Assembly: GCA_040954595.2 (NCBI GenBank)
Contig: CM082577.2
Coordinates: 992,001-1,056,000, forward strand
Length of the DNA: 64,000 nucleotides
Reading direction: 5' to 3'
From: Balanoglossus misakiensis
Lineage: Eukaryota; Animalia; Hemichordata
This document shows positions 43,401 through 55,985 of this stretch, piece after piece; positions within the stretch are counted from its first letter, which is position 1; each line of letters opens with the position of its first letter. The notes beneath the pieces were generated by a model. It was not told the origin of the DNA. It saw only the letters and a program-made list of their open reading frames with translations, and ran no database searches. Both the position numbers and the translations under genes were made by a program.

Positions 43401-45785
43401 AACACTCTATGTACAGAATACACTGCTTGCCAAGAAAATATGCAATGTTTCATCTATGATGCCAGAACTATGTCTCAAACACTGAAGGGGAATTCAGACA
43501 CAACAGAACAATAACTCTCTGCTGTCATGCATTCCATTTAGAGTGACATCCTAGATCAAACACTCATTGGCCTCCAGTTGTTCATCACTTATAACATCCA
43601 CAAGCATCCACAATTTACAAAGACTCATACTTACGTTCAGGTGAATAGTACTAAGTGTATTCAGTCTCTGCGCCATTTGTAGACTCTGTAACGAAACGAA
43701 AGCGAAGAAAATGGTCAACTGTGGTCTCATATCTCATTTGAAAATCTGACATGACTCAAGCTATTCAGGAAGTCATAACTGCAGTTGCCTGTGCTGTTTT
43801 TGGGGGGGAAGTGTACGATTCACCTTTGACTTACCAGATCAGCTGCATGTTTGACCTTTTTGACGACCCCTTTTTGACCCATGAATTGGAGGGTCACCCA
43901 CAGTGGTAGTGCTGACAACTTCTCATGAACTTGCGTGGAATTTAGTCCGGCTGCTAGTGACTATGAATGAATTGGGGAAAAAATCAATGAGTTAAAAACT
44001 AAACCGTATTGCATGAAACCATGTAGTTCAGGAAAGGCCTCTTCAATCACAAAATCTACTTCCACATACTTTATAATATGAATATTTTATCTGTTATAGT
44101 CAACTTAGCCATTTCTTATCAAATAAACAATAGGACTTACTGTTGCTGGATCTGAAACTTTATAAAGTGTCTGAACAATATCTGTTAAAGATACTACCAT
44201 GCAAATATGTGTACGGAACTTTTTTGTGATGCTCTGTACACTGATGCATTTAGGATATTCTTCTCAAGTCAAAGCTCTCACTGAACTTTTGTGTCACTAG
44301 TCCATGTGGTTCGCCGATGTCTCCCTCGTATCCTCCCCCCACCTCTCCCTTGATCTCTCGCATCTCCCTCCTCCAAATATTGCAAACTATAAAGGATACC
44401 ACTGCCGGCACTGCAGGCAATCCAAGCCATACACTGGGTGTCAGAGTTATGCTGTTGGCTTTCTTTGCAGACTAATGATGCAAAAAAAAAAATATAGAAT
44501 TTACTACAAGTTATCAGAAATGACAGTCCCTGTAGGTCATAGCATATTTTGGGATGATGTGATAAAGTGGCTGTGTGTCATTTGTGAAAACAAACGCAAA
44601 ATGGCAGAAAAATGGTAACCATGTCCAAAATACACATTTTATAATTCCTAAACACATTACAAAGCTCTAACTTACCAGTACTGATGATGGTGGTGCTCCA
44701 AGTGGTAATGCAGCTAGATTGTCACTGAAAACAAGACAGCAATGGCTTTTTTAACAGAAGATATGTGCTATATGACTCACACAAGTCCTACAACTTGCAT
44801 GCTGTGCAAACATTTATACAGATCATGGATTTTAAATGTGCTTTATGGAATTCTGATTTTGGCTAAGAATGTGTTTTACACTGTTTGTCAACAGAGATGA
44901 CATCAACACTTACCCTTCAACATGTAACCAGATTTTGTGATGATCACAAATCTCTCGAAGTCGGTTGATATTATCAGTATGGCCTGCAAGGGGCGTGCCT
45001 GCATTTGCAACTAGTAGAAGTGGGATCTTGGATGAAGCTACATCATCCTTAATTAGTCTTTCTAAAGAAGCAACATCCTGAAATGCAGAAGGAAAATTCT
45101 ATCAAGGATGTTACCGATGTTACCCAGGAGTTTGGTGACAGAACTTTGAATAAACATTTAACAAAGAATAATATTAGTCAGCATTTCTAATTCCTCTCTG
45201 CAGCATTTCTCTTGATTCATATCATGAAAACGTGATGGAATAACTCACCATTGTATGCTGTGAACCAAACACTGTATTGCAAGGTACTGTACAAAGGCTG
45301 GACAAAGGTAAACCAAGCTGAAATGAAAGAAAAAACATTAATGTCAAGCATGTCTCTTTAAGTGTTGACTACAATGTAGCTATTTTTAGTGAAAATGTCA
45401 GTAATGTCAACCAATTCCATCCTGAACGATTAGCAACCTATATTGTCATTCCAAATGGCAGTTAGAATTTGAATTTATTTTTGCTTCCTACACTGATTGG
45501 TCAGGACATGTTGGTTGTCTCACCTGAAAGCATATATACTGTCCAAGGCCTGCTCGTGCTGCACCACTCACATAAATCACTGGAGGTTTTGCATACAGTG
45601 CATTGAAGCCTTCATTGCCATACTTCTCATACTTATTATGTAGAACCAGGCGGCAAATTCGAATCAAGCCTTCCCTGTCATCATTGTGGTAGTATGCTGA
45701 GGCATCACTGAATCTGAGGGTTAATGGTTACATTAAAATGTCAGAATGAAGAGCTGTCATTGGTTAAATCAACATGTGTTTGTGT

Positions 45786-45816
<31 letters not shown>

Positions 45817-48800
45817 GGGGTGATACCAACATATGCCCATCATTTCAATAGACAGCCCCGTTATCATTCAAATCATGTACTGACTATCATCATTATCATT
45901 TGTTATATGTTACACTAAGTTCTTCATACACACTGGACCATGGTCTCTCAGAACTGAGAAGAGACATAATATTACTGATATGATAACTGACTAGACTTGT
46001 TATTTTATAAATTGCAGAAAACACACCTGAATAGTCTTGAAAGCCACAGTGTTGTATCAGACAAGACTCTTGTACTGAGTTTCTGTAACTGAGTAGAATC
46101 CAGCGTTGAGATGTAAGCAGCTACTCCCTGGGATATCATTGAAATATGTGCTACATCATCTAACTGTTCTGGGGATGCCATGCTGAAATAATCAAACAAA
46201 TGATTAATCTCAGAAAATGTCAATTATTAAACTGTCCAAATAGACAACATGTGTGATAACAGAAGTGACTATATGTTTTCAATAAAGGACACCTTCTCAA
46301 ATTTGTGCAGATACAGATTGGTGTCAAGTAACTTTATGATCTTTCTGCCAAAGGTAAATAGAATGTGGGAAAATCTGGAAACACAAGGACATAGGGAATG
46401 ACAATATGTGTTGGTACAAGCAATGCAACAAACATATAAGCTCGGATGGCAAAAATGTTTAAAGTTTGAATGATAATGAACATACAATGTTTAATGAATT
46501 CATATGCTCCTGACAATCACAATTACATGGCGTGCAACAGTTGGGCACGGATACTGGATAACTACATAAATCACAAAACATTTATGCAAATATCTCTATC
46601 ACTTCACAATCTCTGTTTGCAACAGATGTTCTCTCAGTGTGGACATTTTGTATCCTTAATTTCACACATTTAATTCTGTACACTGTACAATGAAATTCAT
46701 TTGCCCTATCATTATTATTACATGTTGTAGGCTTCAATATTACTGCACCAACATTATTGAATAATTTTTCTGGAAAAAAATTGTATTTTTTACAAAAGAG
46801 TAAATTATTGAATTTGTACTTACGATTTCTTATCCTTACTGTCTTCATCTTCATAAATAATTAAATCTTCTATGAGACTTATGATATCTTCAAGTTTTTG
46901 ACCACTGTCAGGGGATGAAGAAGAGAAAACCATGGGGGAAATTGATCAGATGTCAATAGTAACATGCCATGTACACATCCACCATGCACCATGTGCCAAC
47001 ACCACTTTGCAAATGATAATTTTCCTTGGCAGTGTTTTAACATGTAAATGAGCTAATTAATTATTCTTGAGATCAGTATAATGGTTCACTTTGCATAAAT
47101 CTAAATAAAAGGTAATTTGATTTGATTTTTTTTTTCAATTTACTTAGCTGAGGTCATATATTGAAATGATTGTTCATTGAATACATTTTATTGATGATTA
47201 TGATCACATTCACATTTTTTTTGATAAGGAGTACTTACTTTCCTTCCAATGGTCCAGGAATATCTTGCCTCCCTTTGACATGCCTCAGTTTCCATTTTTC
47301 TTCTCTCTCTTTTTCCATTTGTCTGAAGGGCAAAAAAGAAAATGATGATCTCCAGTGAAATATTGTCATGGATTTACATTTCACTCTTTATATCCTGTTG
47401 AGGCATTTTTCGATAACACCACCCAGACTACACAGATAATCTCTCCGGAACTATAAATACAAACACCCTATTAATAATACTTTTATACACCTATATAAAT
47501 TTTCCATTCCACGATTAGACACAACATACCATTCTATTATGAGGTACAATAGACAAAAATGTCAGACTTACTTGTTGAAAGCATCAAGCTCTTTGAAAGC
47601 ACCCTGCATCTGTTGACTCATTTTATTTATTGCCGGATCAATAAACAACTGAAAAAGGAAACAGATAGAATGAAATTCCCCAACGGTTCTGCCAGTGGGC
47701 ATCTACTACAAAATTTAAACAAATGACGAAAACTTGTCACATCACTTTTTTATTCAAATATGTTCTGACTTCATATATTTTTGCATCATTGTTTGGCAAT
47801 ACCTAACTTGACTTCCTGACTCGTGGCATCAAAATATTGATTGAAATGAAATTTAACAACTCATTTGTAGGAGGAAATGGACACAAACAGCTGCTACAGT
47901 AATACAAATAAAGGTTATAGTTCAAACATAAAAACTACCCAGGAGACAATTAATCATAAGACCCAAGGAAAATGTTGAAACACGTGTTAATGTATCTGCT
48001 TAGCCACACAATTATGTTAACACAAATACAAATAGAATCGAAATATACCCAGGAAGTGTTTCAATAAAATTTACTGTAGCATGCATTTACAATTATCTTA
48101 AAGTACTTTTGATGATGATAAAAGAATTATGATTTGTCTCAATGGTAAGCTACAAAGATGTCAGTGATGTCAACAAAAATCCTTCCTAGAACTGCTCTGT
48201 GAAACTGGATCATTTCCACTAATTATTTTAAAACATCCATTTGCATGAAAAAGATAAATTCCACCTTGTGCCTTCAATCACTGCTGTTGCAATCTTGTCA
48301 ATTTTAGCACAGGCCTATTGTAACATCTGTCAGATGTCCTAAAGTGCCAGGTGGACAAAGTTTTCAGCACAAAATGATTTAGTTCACTGCTCTGTATCAT
48401 CAGTAAGAATATAAATCTAATCCACTTTGTCATTTTATTGATATTCAAAAAAATTAATTTTCCCACTTTATACTAGCCCGGAGACCAGGGCGTCGATCTA
48501 GTCGATCTGGTCTCCGGGCTAACTTTATACCCACTGTAGACAGAACAAGAAATATTTCACTGCCACTCTAGCTGTCATTATATTCAAGCATAAACTCCAC
48601 ATGAACGAGATTCAATGACTGAATTTGACAGAGAGGTGATACTGTTACTAAATTTAGTTACTATGACAGGGACTCCTCCAAAGGGAACTGCTGATGATGT
48701 GGCCTTAGAATGGTTCGCAAAGCACACACCCACCACGGTCAATGGTACGACCTCCACGGTGTAATCAGATCTGTCAGTCTGACAGAAAATGGACCACTAG

Positions 48801-49293
48801 TAATTCTCACTAAAAAAAACACCCCTCCAGATACCACCATTTTCTTTAATTAAATACAGGACAAATATTTTTTTTTACCTGTCAAGTCACGAACCAACTG
48901 ATTAAATCAAAACACAACTGCTTCTACACAACTGACGCATCTATTGCTGTCATTATCACTGTCACCGTTATCAAACTGACACAATCCACGTAAACACTAA
49001 ACTTTCACTTTCTAGACTGGAGTTTATACCTGAAAATACAACCAAGTCTGTATATAGTGTATATACACTGTGAAGTGTGTACGTACACAAATACTTAACC
49101 TGGAACTTACCGGCAGTATTAAGTATTTTTATGGCACTGTCTGTGAACTAAGAATACAGATTATGAGACTTACCGAATGAAACTTGTCTTCGATAGCCAC
49201 GGGTTTCTTCTTGTCGATTTGTTTCTCCATTTTTGCCGGTGAAACCGGTGCGGCAGCTGCAGCCTCCTCTCCCAGCGTCATATTTGTCGCCAT
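37451..49293 (-). CDS. PDXDC1: Pyridoxal-dependent decarboxylase domain-containing protein 1, multi-exon
   Basis: Exons encode AYISTLDSTQLQKLSTRVLSDTTLWLSRLF (~46030-46180), AYYHNDDREGLIRICRL (~45525-45710), NSITLTPSVWLGLPAVPAV (~44400-44470), DGVCLRFSPL (~40290-40400) and FLETMAEVIKKGIDAANKELRKENEDRIMEE (~38890-38980). Probable ATG at 49293 and terminal-exon stop at 37453-37451. The start and end are less certain than the identity. Confidence 0.9.
42850..43035. mobile_element. Imperfect palindromic (foldback) non-autonomous element of about 185 bp in a PDXDC1 intron
   Basis: The left arm (ACACATGATGGCTGACA...GGGCAACAGTGTATTTT...AAAACAGTCTGTTTTCCC) pairs with the right arm (GGGAAAACAAGACTGTTTT...AAAATACACTGTTGCCC...TGTCAGTCATCATGTGT). 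Confidence 0.7.
43311..43384. repeat. (CACAA)n pentanucleotide microsatellite
   Basis: Directly visible tandem units. Confidence 0.9.
48465..48530. mobile_element. 48-bp mini inverted-repeat element with a 9-bp target-site duplication
   Basis: TIRs TAGCCCGGAGACCAG / CTGGTCTCCGGGCTA span 48474-48521 and are flanked on both sides by ACTTTATAC. Confidence 0.8.
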
Positions 49294-50317
49294 GTTTGAT
49301 TCCACGCTGGCAAACCGACCCTTTAACTTGTTCGATTCTATTCTATAAACTGAGAACGCATCAAGAGTCCTCGTCTTCATTCCCCTTGATTTTATAACTA
49401 CCGATCGGTAATTTGGCAAAATGTTTTATTTAGAGACAAACTGCACCATTGACGAAATTTAACGTGGGAATTTTTATTTTTATCATGCGCTTTACCCAAA
49501 ACAAATTCCGCAATCACTTAGGTGGTCTTGAAATGAACACACGAAGTGGGATGGGTCGTTGGTGGTCCCACGACGAAGTTGAGAGCAATGCGTGTTTTCG
49601 GTGGTAGGGCATGCATCGACGCGAATGTCGATCGATCTGGTGAGTTCCAGTCTTGTTTCTATATGTATATTTTACGTCTATCTGTGCGTTTATATATTGA
49701 ATTGTGTTTTTTCAAACTGCCGATATTATGTTTTCACGAGATAAGTTTCAATGACGTCATGGGATCAGTCGCGTGCGCTGGCAACAGTTGTTGGGACGCT
49801 GATTTGCCTAGCGCCTGTGTATCATGTACGGAGAAACGTACACGGCTTTCGTGGTTACGTTTCAATTTGGTGATGGCGTAAATGCGACATCTCCGAATTC
49901 ACAGTGAGATTTCCGAACGGACCCAAGTGTATCTGTGAGAGGATTTGGTGAGCTAGTTGAGTTTAATTTTTAACTTCCATCCCATATACGTGATCATCAT
50001 AGCCAGCCTGATGAAGTATGATGTAGACCAAAGCTATTATTCCTTTATGGGGGGGGGGGGGGGGGGGGGGGGGGGATTTTATGATTTCGCTATTTTTAGC
50101 TGGTGAATTTTAGACGGTCTGAAACCATGGTAACTCCATGATGAAAACAAATGTTTTGGACTATAGACATGTTGTTTTTGTAAATATATATAAATCAATA
50201 AATCAATTTTCTTATGATTTCCAGGTTTCACTGTTGGGATGTTACCATGTTGCAGAATGTGACTGAAGACAAGTGCAGGCAACATCAATACTTTGCTCTG
50301 TCAACGAGTACATGTGA

Positions 50318-52393
50318 ATGATGGCCAAACAAGAGCAAGTAAACTTGACCAAATCCTTGGCAGTTGCCAATATATTCTACTTTATCTATAACTCCGGGAA
50401 AGTATGTCTCCTGCCATTCTTGTCAATCTACTTCAGAGAACTTGGACTCTCAGCAACCCAGACTGGCATCGTTTTTGGGACCAAGGCTTTAGTAGCGCTA
50501 GTGGCTGTGCCCATGTGGAGCAGGTGTGTGAGAAGATTCAACAAGTACAAGATTGTCATCCTGGCATCTCTGTTTGCTATGATTGCATCACATCTTGCAC
50601 TGATGCTAGTACCGCCAGTTCGTCCGGGTGCCATGGCGATGTGGTGTTCCAATGCAAGTGGCGGTAAGAACTTCACCAACCAGGGTAATGTCGCAGCAGC
50701 CAGCAATTTACAGGTGGCACCCACCACAGCAGGGATGGAAGAAGCCACGTACCCACCATGGAGATATCGAACAGACTCTACCAAGTTGCCAGGCAACAGC
50801 TGGAAAGGAAACACAGCTACAACCAGCAGTGATGATAGGTGGTCAGGACAGGGTCAAGGGTCAGATCACAATCAGCAGTGGGGTCAGGACAGAACAGAAA
50901 GTGATGACACCTGGCATGGTGAATCTCGAATACCCTCACATCCAATAAAACAGGCGGAATCATCAACTGTACCACCCAGAAATAATCTGCACCATGGAAA
51001 TGTAGAACTTAACAAGAATGTACAAATCCTGGTGGAAACAAACACACTGATTAAAAACTACAGAGACATTGAACAAAGATCAGTGCAGACTGAAGGAGGT
51101 AGTGGCACTGTTTCAAGTCTGACTGAAGTTCTTACACAGAAACCAGATCAGTTGATGACAACTGAGAATTATTTTTACCAGTGGTTGAAAAATAACAGTG
51201 GGGCTCTTCTCAATGTGTTGACAGACCAAAAGTTGGAGCCACATCTTAGTAATGTAAGACGGAAATCTATAGAAGATGAGAATGCAGATGAAGATATGTT
51301 ATCAGTTGAGGATGATTCTAAGGATGATACAAGCAGCATATTTGTGGCTGTGTTGCTTCTATGTATCTTTGGGGAAATAGTGTCATCACCATTCGAGAGA
51401 CTCCTCGACAACTCTTTCTTTGGATTTTTGGATGACATGGACGACACTGAAAAATATGGACGGCAAAAACTATGGAGTTTACTTGGTTATGCGTTGTGGG
51501 GAGTGACCATCTGTGTTATAGTTGAGAGCACAGCATGCTTCTTGAACTTAAGCATCAATCACTTTATGATCCATTTCTATGGTTTTGCAGTTTTGATGGG
51601 ACTGGCATTGTTGGTGCTTCTGTTCTTCCCAGTGCAACAATCATCCACTAAAGAACACGGGCACAACAAACTTCTGAAATGTCTCAAGCTGGTCTACAGT
51701 GACTCGCACACTGTAGCCTATGTGATTTCCATGTTCGTCGCAGGCCTGATCAATGCATCCAAGTTTGTGTTCTTGTTCTGGTTGGTGATGGACCTCCAGG
51801 GAACGGAGATCCCCATGGGTTTAGCTCTGACTGTGTCCACACTGTCTCAGATCCCAATGATTCACATGCAGACATGGTTAACAAAGCAGCTCACACAAGT
51901 TGGTGTGATGACCATATCATTAGCGACTCTGTCAATACAATTCGTGTACTACTCATTTCTGTGGACACCGTGGGCCGTTGTCCCGATTGAAATTTTGAGC
52001 ATGTTCAGTATAGCAGGTGTTCTGACACTGTCCATGACCTATGCAGAAATCACGGCTCCACCAGGTCTGGATCGGACAATGCAACTCATATTCTGGACCC
52101 TGTACTGGCAGTTGGGATTTGCTGCAGGAGCGTTCATCAGTGGCGTCACGTACAGTTACCTCAGCTCGCAAACCGTATTTCGCAGTGTTTCCCTTTTGGC
52201 TTTGGTGTGGGCTGTTGCGTTTCTTGTGATAATGAAGTACGCTCCACGGAGTAAGAGACGTCTCAGTTACTCCAAACTACTTCAGAACAGCAATGACATG
52301 GAAGATGATGCTGATGAGAGTGAAGATGAATACACAAGAGAGATCTACACTGATGACTGGCTGGTGAATGCATTAAAGAAAGAATCTGACTGA
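50318..52393 (+). CDS. MFSD6L: Major facilitator superfamily domain-containing 6-like transporter, intronless 691-aa CDS
   Basis: Long ORF with the MFSD6-family N-terminus (GKVCLLPFLSIYFRELGLSATQTG), a YGRQKLW motif, many hydrophobic helices, a large polar loop and a C-terminal YSKLL...DWLVNA, as in MFSD6L. A probable 5'UTR intron has a donor near 49640 or 49948 and an acceptor near 50224. Confidence 0.85.
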   Translation: MMAKQEQVNLTKSLAVANIFYFIYNSGKVCLLPFLSIYFRELGLSATQTGIVFGTKALVALVAVPMWSRCVRRFNKYKIVILASLFAMIASHLALMLVPPVRPGAMAMWCSNASGGKNFTNQGNVAAASNLQVAPTTAGMEEATYPPWRYRTDSTKLPGNSWKGNTATTSSDDRWSGQGQGSDHNQQWGQDRTESDDTWHGESRIPSHPIKQAESSTVPPRNNLHHGNVELNKNVQILVETNTLIKNYRDIEQRSVQTEGGSGTVSSLTEVLTQKPDQLMTTENYFYQWLKNNSGALLNVLTDQKLEPHLSNVRRKSIEDENADEDMLSVEDDSKDDTSSIFVAVLLLCIFGEIVSSPFERLLDNSFFGFLDDMDDTEKYGRQKLWSLLGYALWGVTICVIVESTACFLNLSINHFMIHFYGFAVLMGLALLVLLFFPVQQSSTKEHGHNKLLKCLKLVYSDSHTVAYVISMFVAGLINASKFVFLFWLVMDLQGTEIPMGLALTVSTLSQIPMIHMQTWLTKQLTQVGVMTISLATLSIQFVYYSFLWTPWAVVPIEILSMFSIAGVLTLSMTYAEITAPPGLDRTMQLIFWTLYWQLGFAAGAFISGVTYSYLSSQTVFRSVSLLALVWAVAFLVIMKYAPRSKRRLSYSKLLQNSNDMEDDADESEDEYTREIYTDDWLVNALKKESD

Positions 52394-54223
52394 AAAGACC
52401 CTCTCACCAGAAAAGTACCCTTTACTTTCCAGTGGTGACATGCACATATCTTTGGTACCCTCACACCCTGAAACAGAGAATATAACTTGGTGCTTTTGGT
52501 AATAGGGGATACAGAAATCACATTGATATTACAAATTTGCCTGTTGTATCATTCATGATAAGTAATGTAGACTTATGGACAGTACTATTTTATGTACATT
52601 GACAGTTAGATCCTGCGCTGCCTGTGGAATGGACACTTTCATTGGATATGAGTTTTATACATATTTTTTATCACCTTTTGACGGTGTTACTTGATGTATT
52701 AACTTTCTTGATATTAAAATGTGTGCATGCATAGTTGTAAGATGCAGTCCTATTCCTGGTGAACTCACATTGTAGATTTTCATAATAATTTTAAGATGTT
52801 ATTAATTTATTATATGGAAGGTGAAAAAATCTATAATTATTATATGCAATATCAAAATTCTTTATTGGTTTAATTAACCAAGGCTACAGTCAGGAGCTAC
52901 AACATATTCAATCATATCGGTGCAATACAAGTCAAGAAATCTTTTCACATTTTACTGCGTGTGTGTACGTACAACTTTGGGAGTTCTATACTGTCGGTAT
53001 TATTTTCTGGTAAATAAAAAAAATATTATGTTCAAAGTGTTGTGACCAGCCTTGCTGTTTTGTATGATTACTATCAGTACTGTTGCTGTTCAAAAAAAAA
53101 TGTGAAAAAGCTATTTTACAAACACAAGCCATGCAGTCAGTATTTGAAAAGTGAAATTCTACTATAAATTACTATGTTATAGGTACACATTGCAATTTGG
53201 AGCGAGCTGCAAAATGACTCACAAAATACCAGTATATATCACCACTGAGGGCGCACTGCAAACACAGATTACAAGATGACTACGGTAACATCCTTAGTCC
53301 AATTTCAGGTTTATTATATACATACATAATGTGCATACAATTCATTGATATATACATGTTGATGTTTCTATAAATACTACCGAAAAATACAGTGGTTTAG
53401 TAAACTACCAGTACACATTTGATTGTTTTGAAACTTCTATCTCAGTCACAATATATACAATTAAAAGATAAATATTCAATATTACAGGAAAACATTACTT
53501 GTTTACATTCTTAAATAGCCCTAACCCTCGCAAGCATACGGCATTGTTAAAAGTAGGAATGTTTAAAACACCAACCAATCAGTAGAGGTCCAATCTGGTG
53601 GTGAAAGGGTTAATTCAGGATGAGCTACATGGCAGAAATAATATATTTCATTAAAATTTGTGCTCACAGAGACAGAATATCCGGTATACACCCAATGTAA
53701 GGGGATGTGGCTAAGCTCAGATGCGGACAGAAAAAATATCAAAAGGCAATGGAATTAAGGAAGGAAATGATGGAGTTGATACATTAAAAATAAATGTACC
53801 AATCAGCTGCACACAAAAAGTGGAATATTTGATACCCTGAGTAGTTCAGTTTTCGTGTGTTGGAAAAATCCCATTTGTAGCTTGAGTTCTGAAGGCAAAG
53901 CTACCCTGTTTACCCTTTCAATGAACAAAATAGTCAACTTCAAAAAACTAAACCCTCATAAAATTAGTCCACACTTTTGCTCACATTTTATTGAAACCTG
54001 AAGACAATGGAAAATTATGTCTACTTGGTGTAAATTTGAGGTAAAAAATAGAAAGAAATGGGTGAAAATGTTAAAATTTTCCACCACATTTTGACGGAAA
54101 ATTTGGCATTCAAAGGGTTAGAAATTATAGTCACATTTACATTTCATTGCAAGATGTTAGATCCCTGCTCTAACATACTTATGTTAAAATCATTATATTA
54201 TTTACAATATCTAAGAAATAAAA

Positions 54224-55985
54224 TTAAGCTGATGGTGTTGTAAGGGGTTGTCCCTTTAAGGCAGGCTTCTGGATGATCTTATGCATATCCTGAAAAGAAT
54301 GACAGAATATGCTGATATTAACATTTTTTTTAAATGTACAAACATTTGAGCTGTCGTATAAACGTTGATTGTACAGTTCAATTATTTATGTACCTATTTA
54401 CATCATAATATATCCTCTTTGTACAGTAACAAGTTTAAATGGAATCATGCCTTGCCCTAGCAACAGCTCTGGTCATGGAAAAATCATTATAACAAAATGG
54501 CTGTTCGGCACTGGCAGCCATCTTTGATTGCACCATGACAGAAAAGGCCACCCAATGACTAACTACTCCTAACTTAATATTCAGGAATTATATACTTACT
54601 AATGTTTTCATGTAACACAGGAAATTTCCCCAAATGAAGCAAGACACAGCAACAGCCGCCACTCGATGATGATGTGGAACCATCCTGAAAGTTAGAAACT
54701 GAAGCAGAGGAATAAGAAGAAACATTATTATACACATATACTGGTACTGCCTTCACCTATACAAGAGGCCAGTTCCAATACAGTTGACAGTGACATTGAG
54801 TGCAATATAATCCCATTTACTATAAAAGACGTAAAATGGTACACAATAATGTGATCACAAAGAGAGTTGTCATGACAATACTGCATTTCTTTCCATCAAA
54901 CATTTTATTGCACAATGTTAGAAATGTGATACTGCCAGATATAAAAATAATTTTGTCTAGAATCAATACTCTGAGGTAAGTATTGCAATTAATAATTATA
55001 CAGCTTGGGTAGAACTTTTTGTCTGGAACAGAACACTCGTCCTTCTATGGTGGTACTCACCTGTAAAGACGGCCAAAACAAACAACCCACAAGATAAGAA
55101 GCCAAAAATTTATCCTTGACTTCCGTTAAAATGTCTGTTTTTCCTTCCAGTATATTAATGCCTGAAAAAAAACCCATAAAACTTAGCAGATTATTATGAA
55201 AGCAACTTTGCTGTATTCCCACTCCCAAGATTGAACATAGCAGCCCTACTAATTTAAATGTTTCAACTGAGCGCAGTTTCTCGACAGTCAGCCAATCCCA
55301 GCGAAGGTACCATCGTGTTTACGGCTACGGCGGAACGAAAGTGACCTTAGAAGCAAAGGTCGTCCCGTCGGAAATCGGCCCAAAAATGACCTATAAATCA
55401 ATTTTTGATGCAGAAATGATAGCCGACATGAATACCAACATGAAATACGTGCCACCGATGCTATTGTATTGAATAAATTTCGCCATTTTGTGAGTGAAAA
55501 CAGTCTCTTTAGTGTTAACCTGATTCATTTCCTACGCCATACGCGTACGACATAGCTCTGCGTACAGGTCTGTGTGTTCCCGGCGTTACGTAACGCCGGG
55601 AACACACAGACCCGTACGCAGGGTTAGCCTGGACACGACTAAACAGATTAAAACATTTGCGAGTGCGTTCACACCTCTACTTACCGACAAAAAACGATGC
55701 CACCAATATTGGACTAGTTGTAACCTGGCCAAGTCCAACTTTGAGCAACACCCTTTTAACGGAAGTTCCTGGGAACAGTTTCTCCTGGAAATTCAGCGCG
55801 AAGTGGTTGATTGGAGAATTGAATGCAAAACCATAAAATCCGACACGCGCAATTCTCGCTGTATCGTAATGCTGAAAATTCAAGATGGTTTCTTGGGTGA
55901 ATTCTGACGCTCCTAATATGACTCCAAAAATCGCTGAATTCCGGAACAAATGATTTCCGAAAATTTTGCGAAGAATGGGCACCAT
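54224..55985 (-). CDS. MPV17L: Mpv17/PMP22 family protein, MPV17L-like paralogue A (divergent)
   Basis: Exons 55985-55685, 55161-55061 (GINILEGKTDIL...FWPSLQ), 54698-54600 (FLTFRMVPHHHRV...WGNFLCY) and 54289-54224 (DMHKIIQK...PSA*). The frame stays open throughout. Confidence 0.8.
55553..55626. repeat. Near-perfect 74-bp palindrome (hairpin element) in intron 1 of MPV17L copy A
   Basis: A perfect core GGTCTGTGTGTTCCCGGCGTTAC|GTAACGCCGGGAACACACAGACC extends to TA ends with few mismatches. Confidence 0.8.

Noticed and set aside
54224-55985. MPV17L copy A as a truncated pseudogene lacking exon 3
   Set aside because: Exon 3 (54698-54600) and a terminal exon are present in frame. The ORF track shows the wrong frame there.
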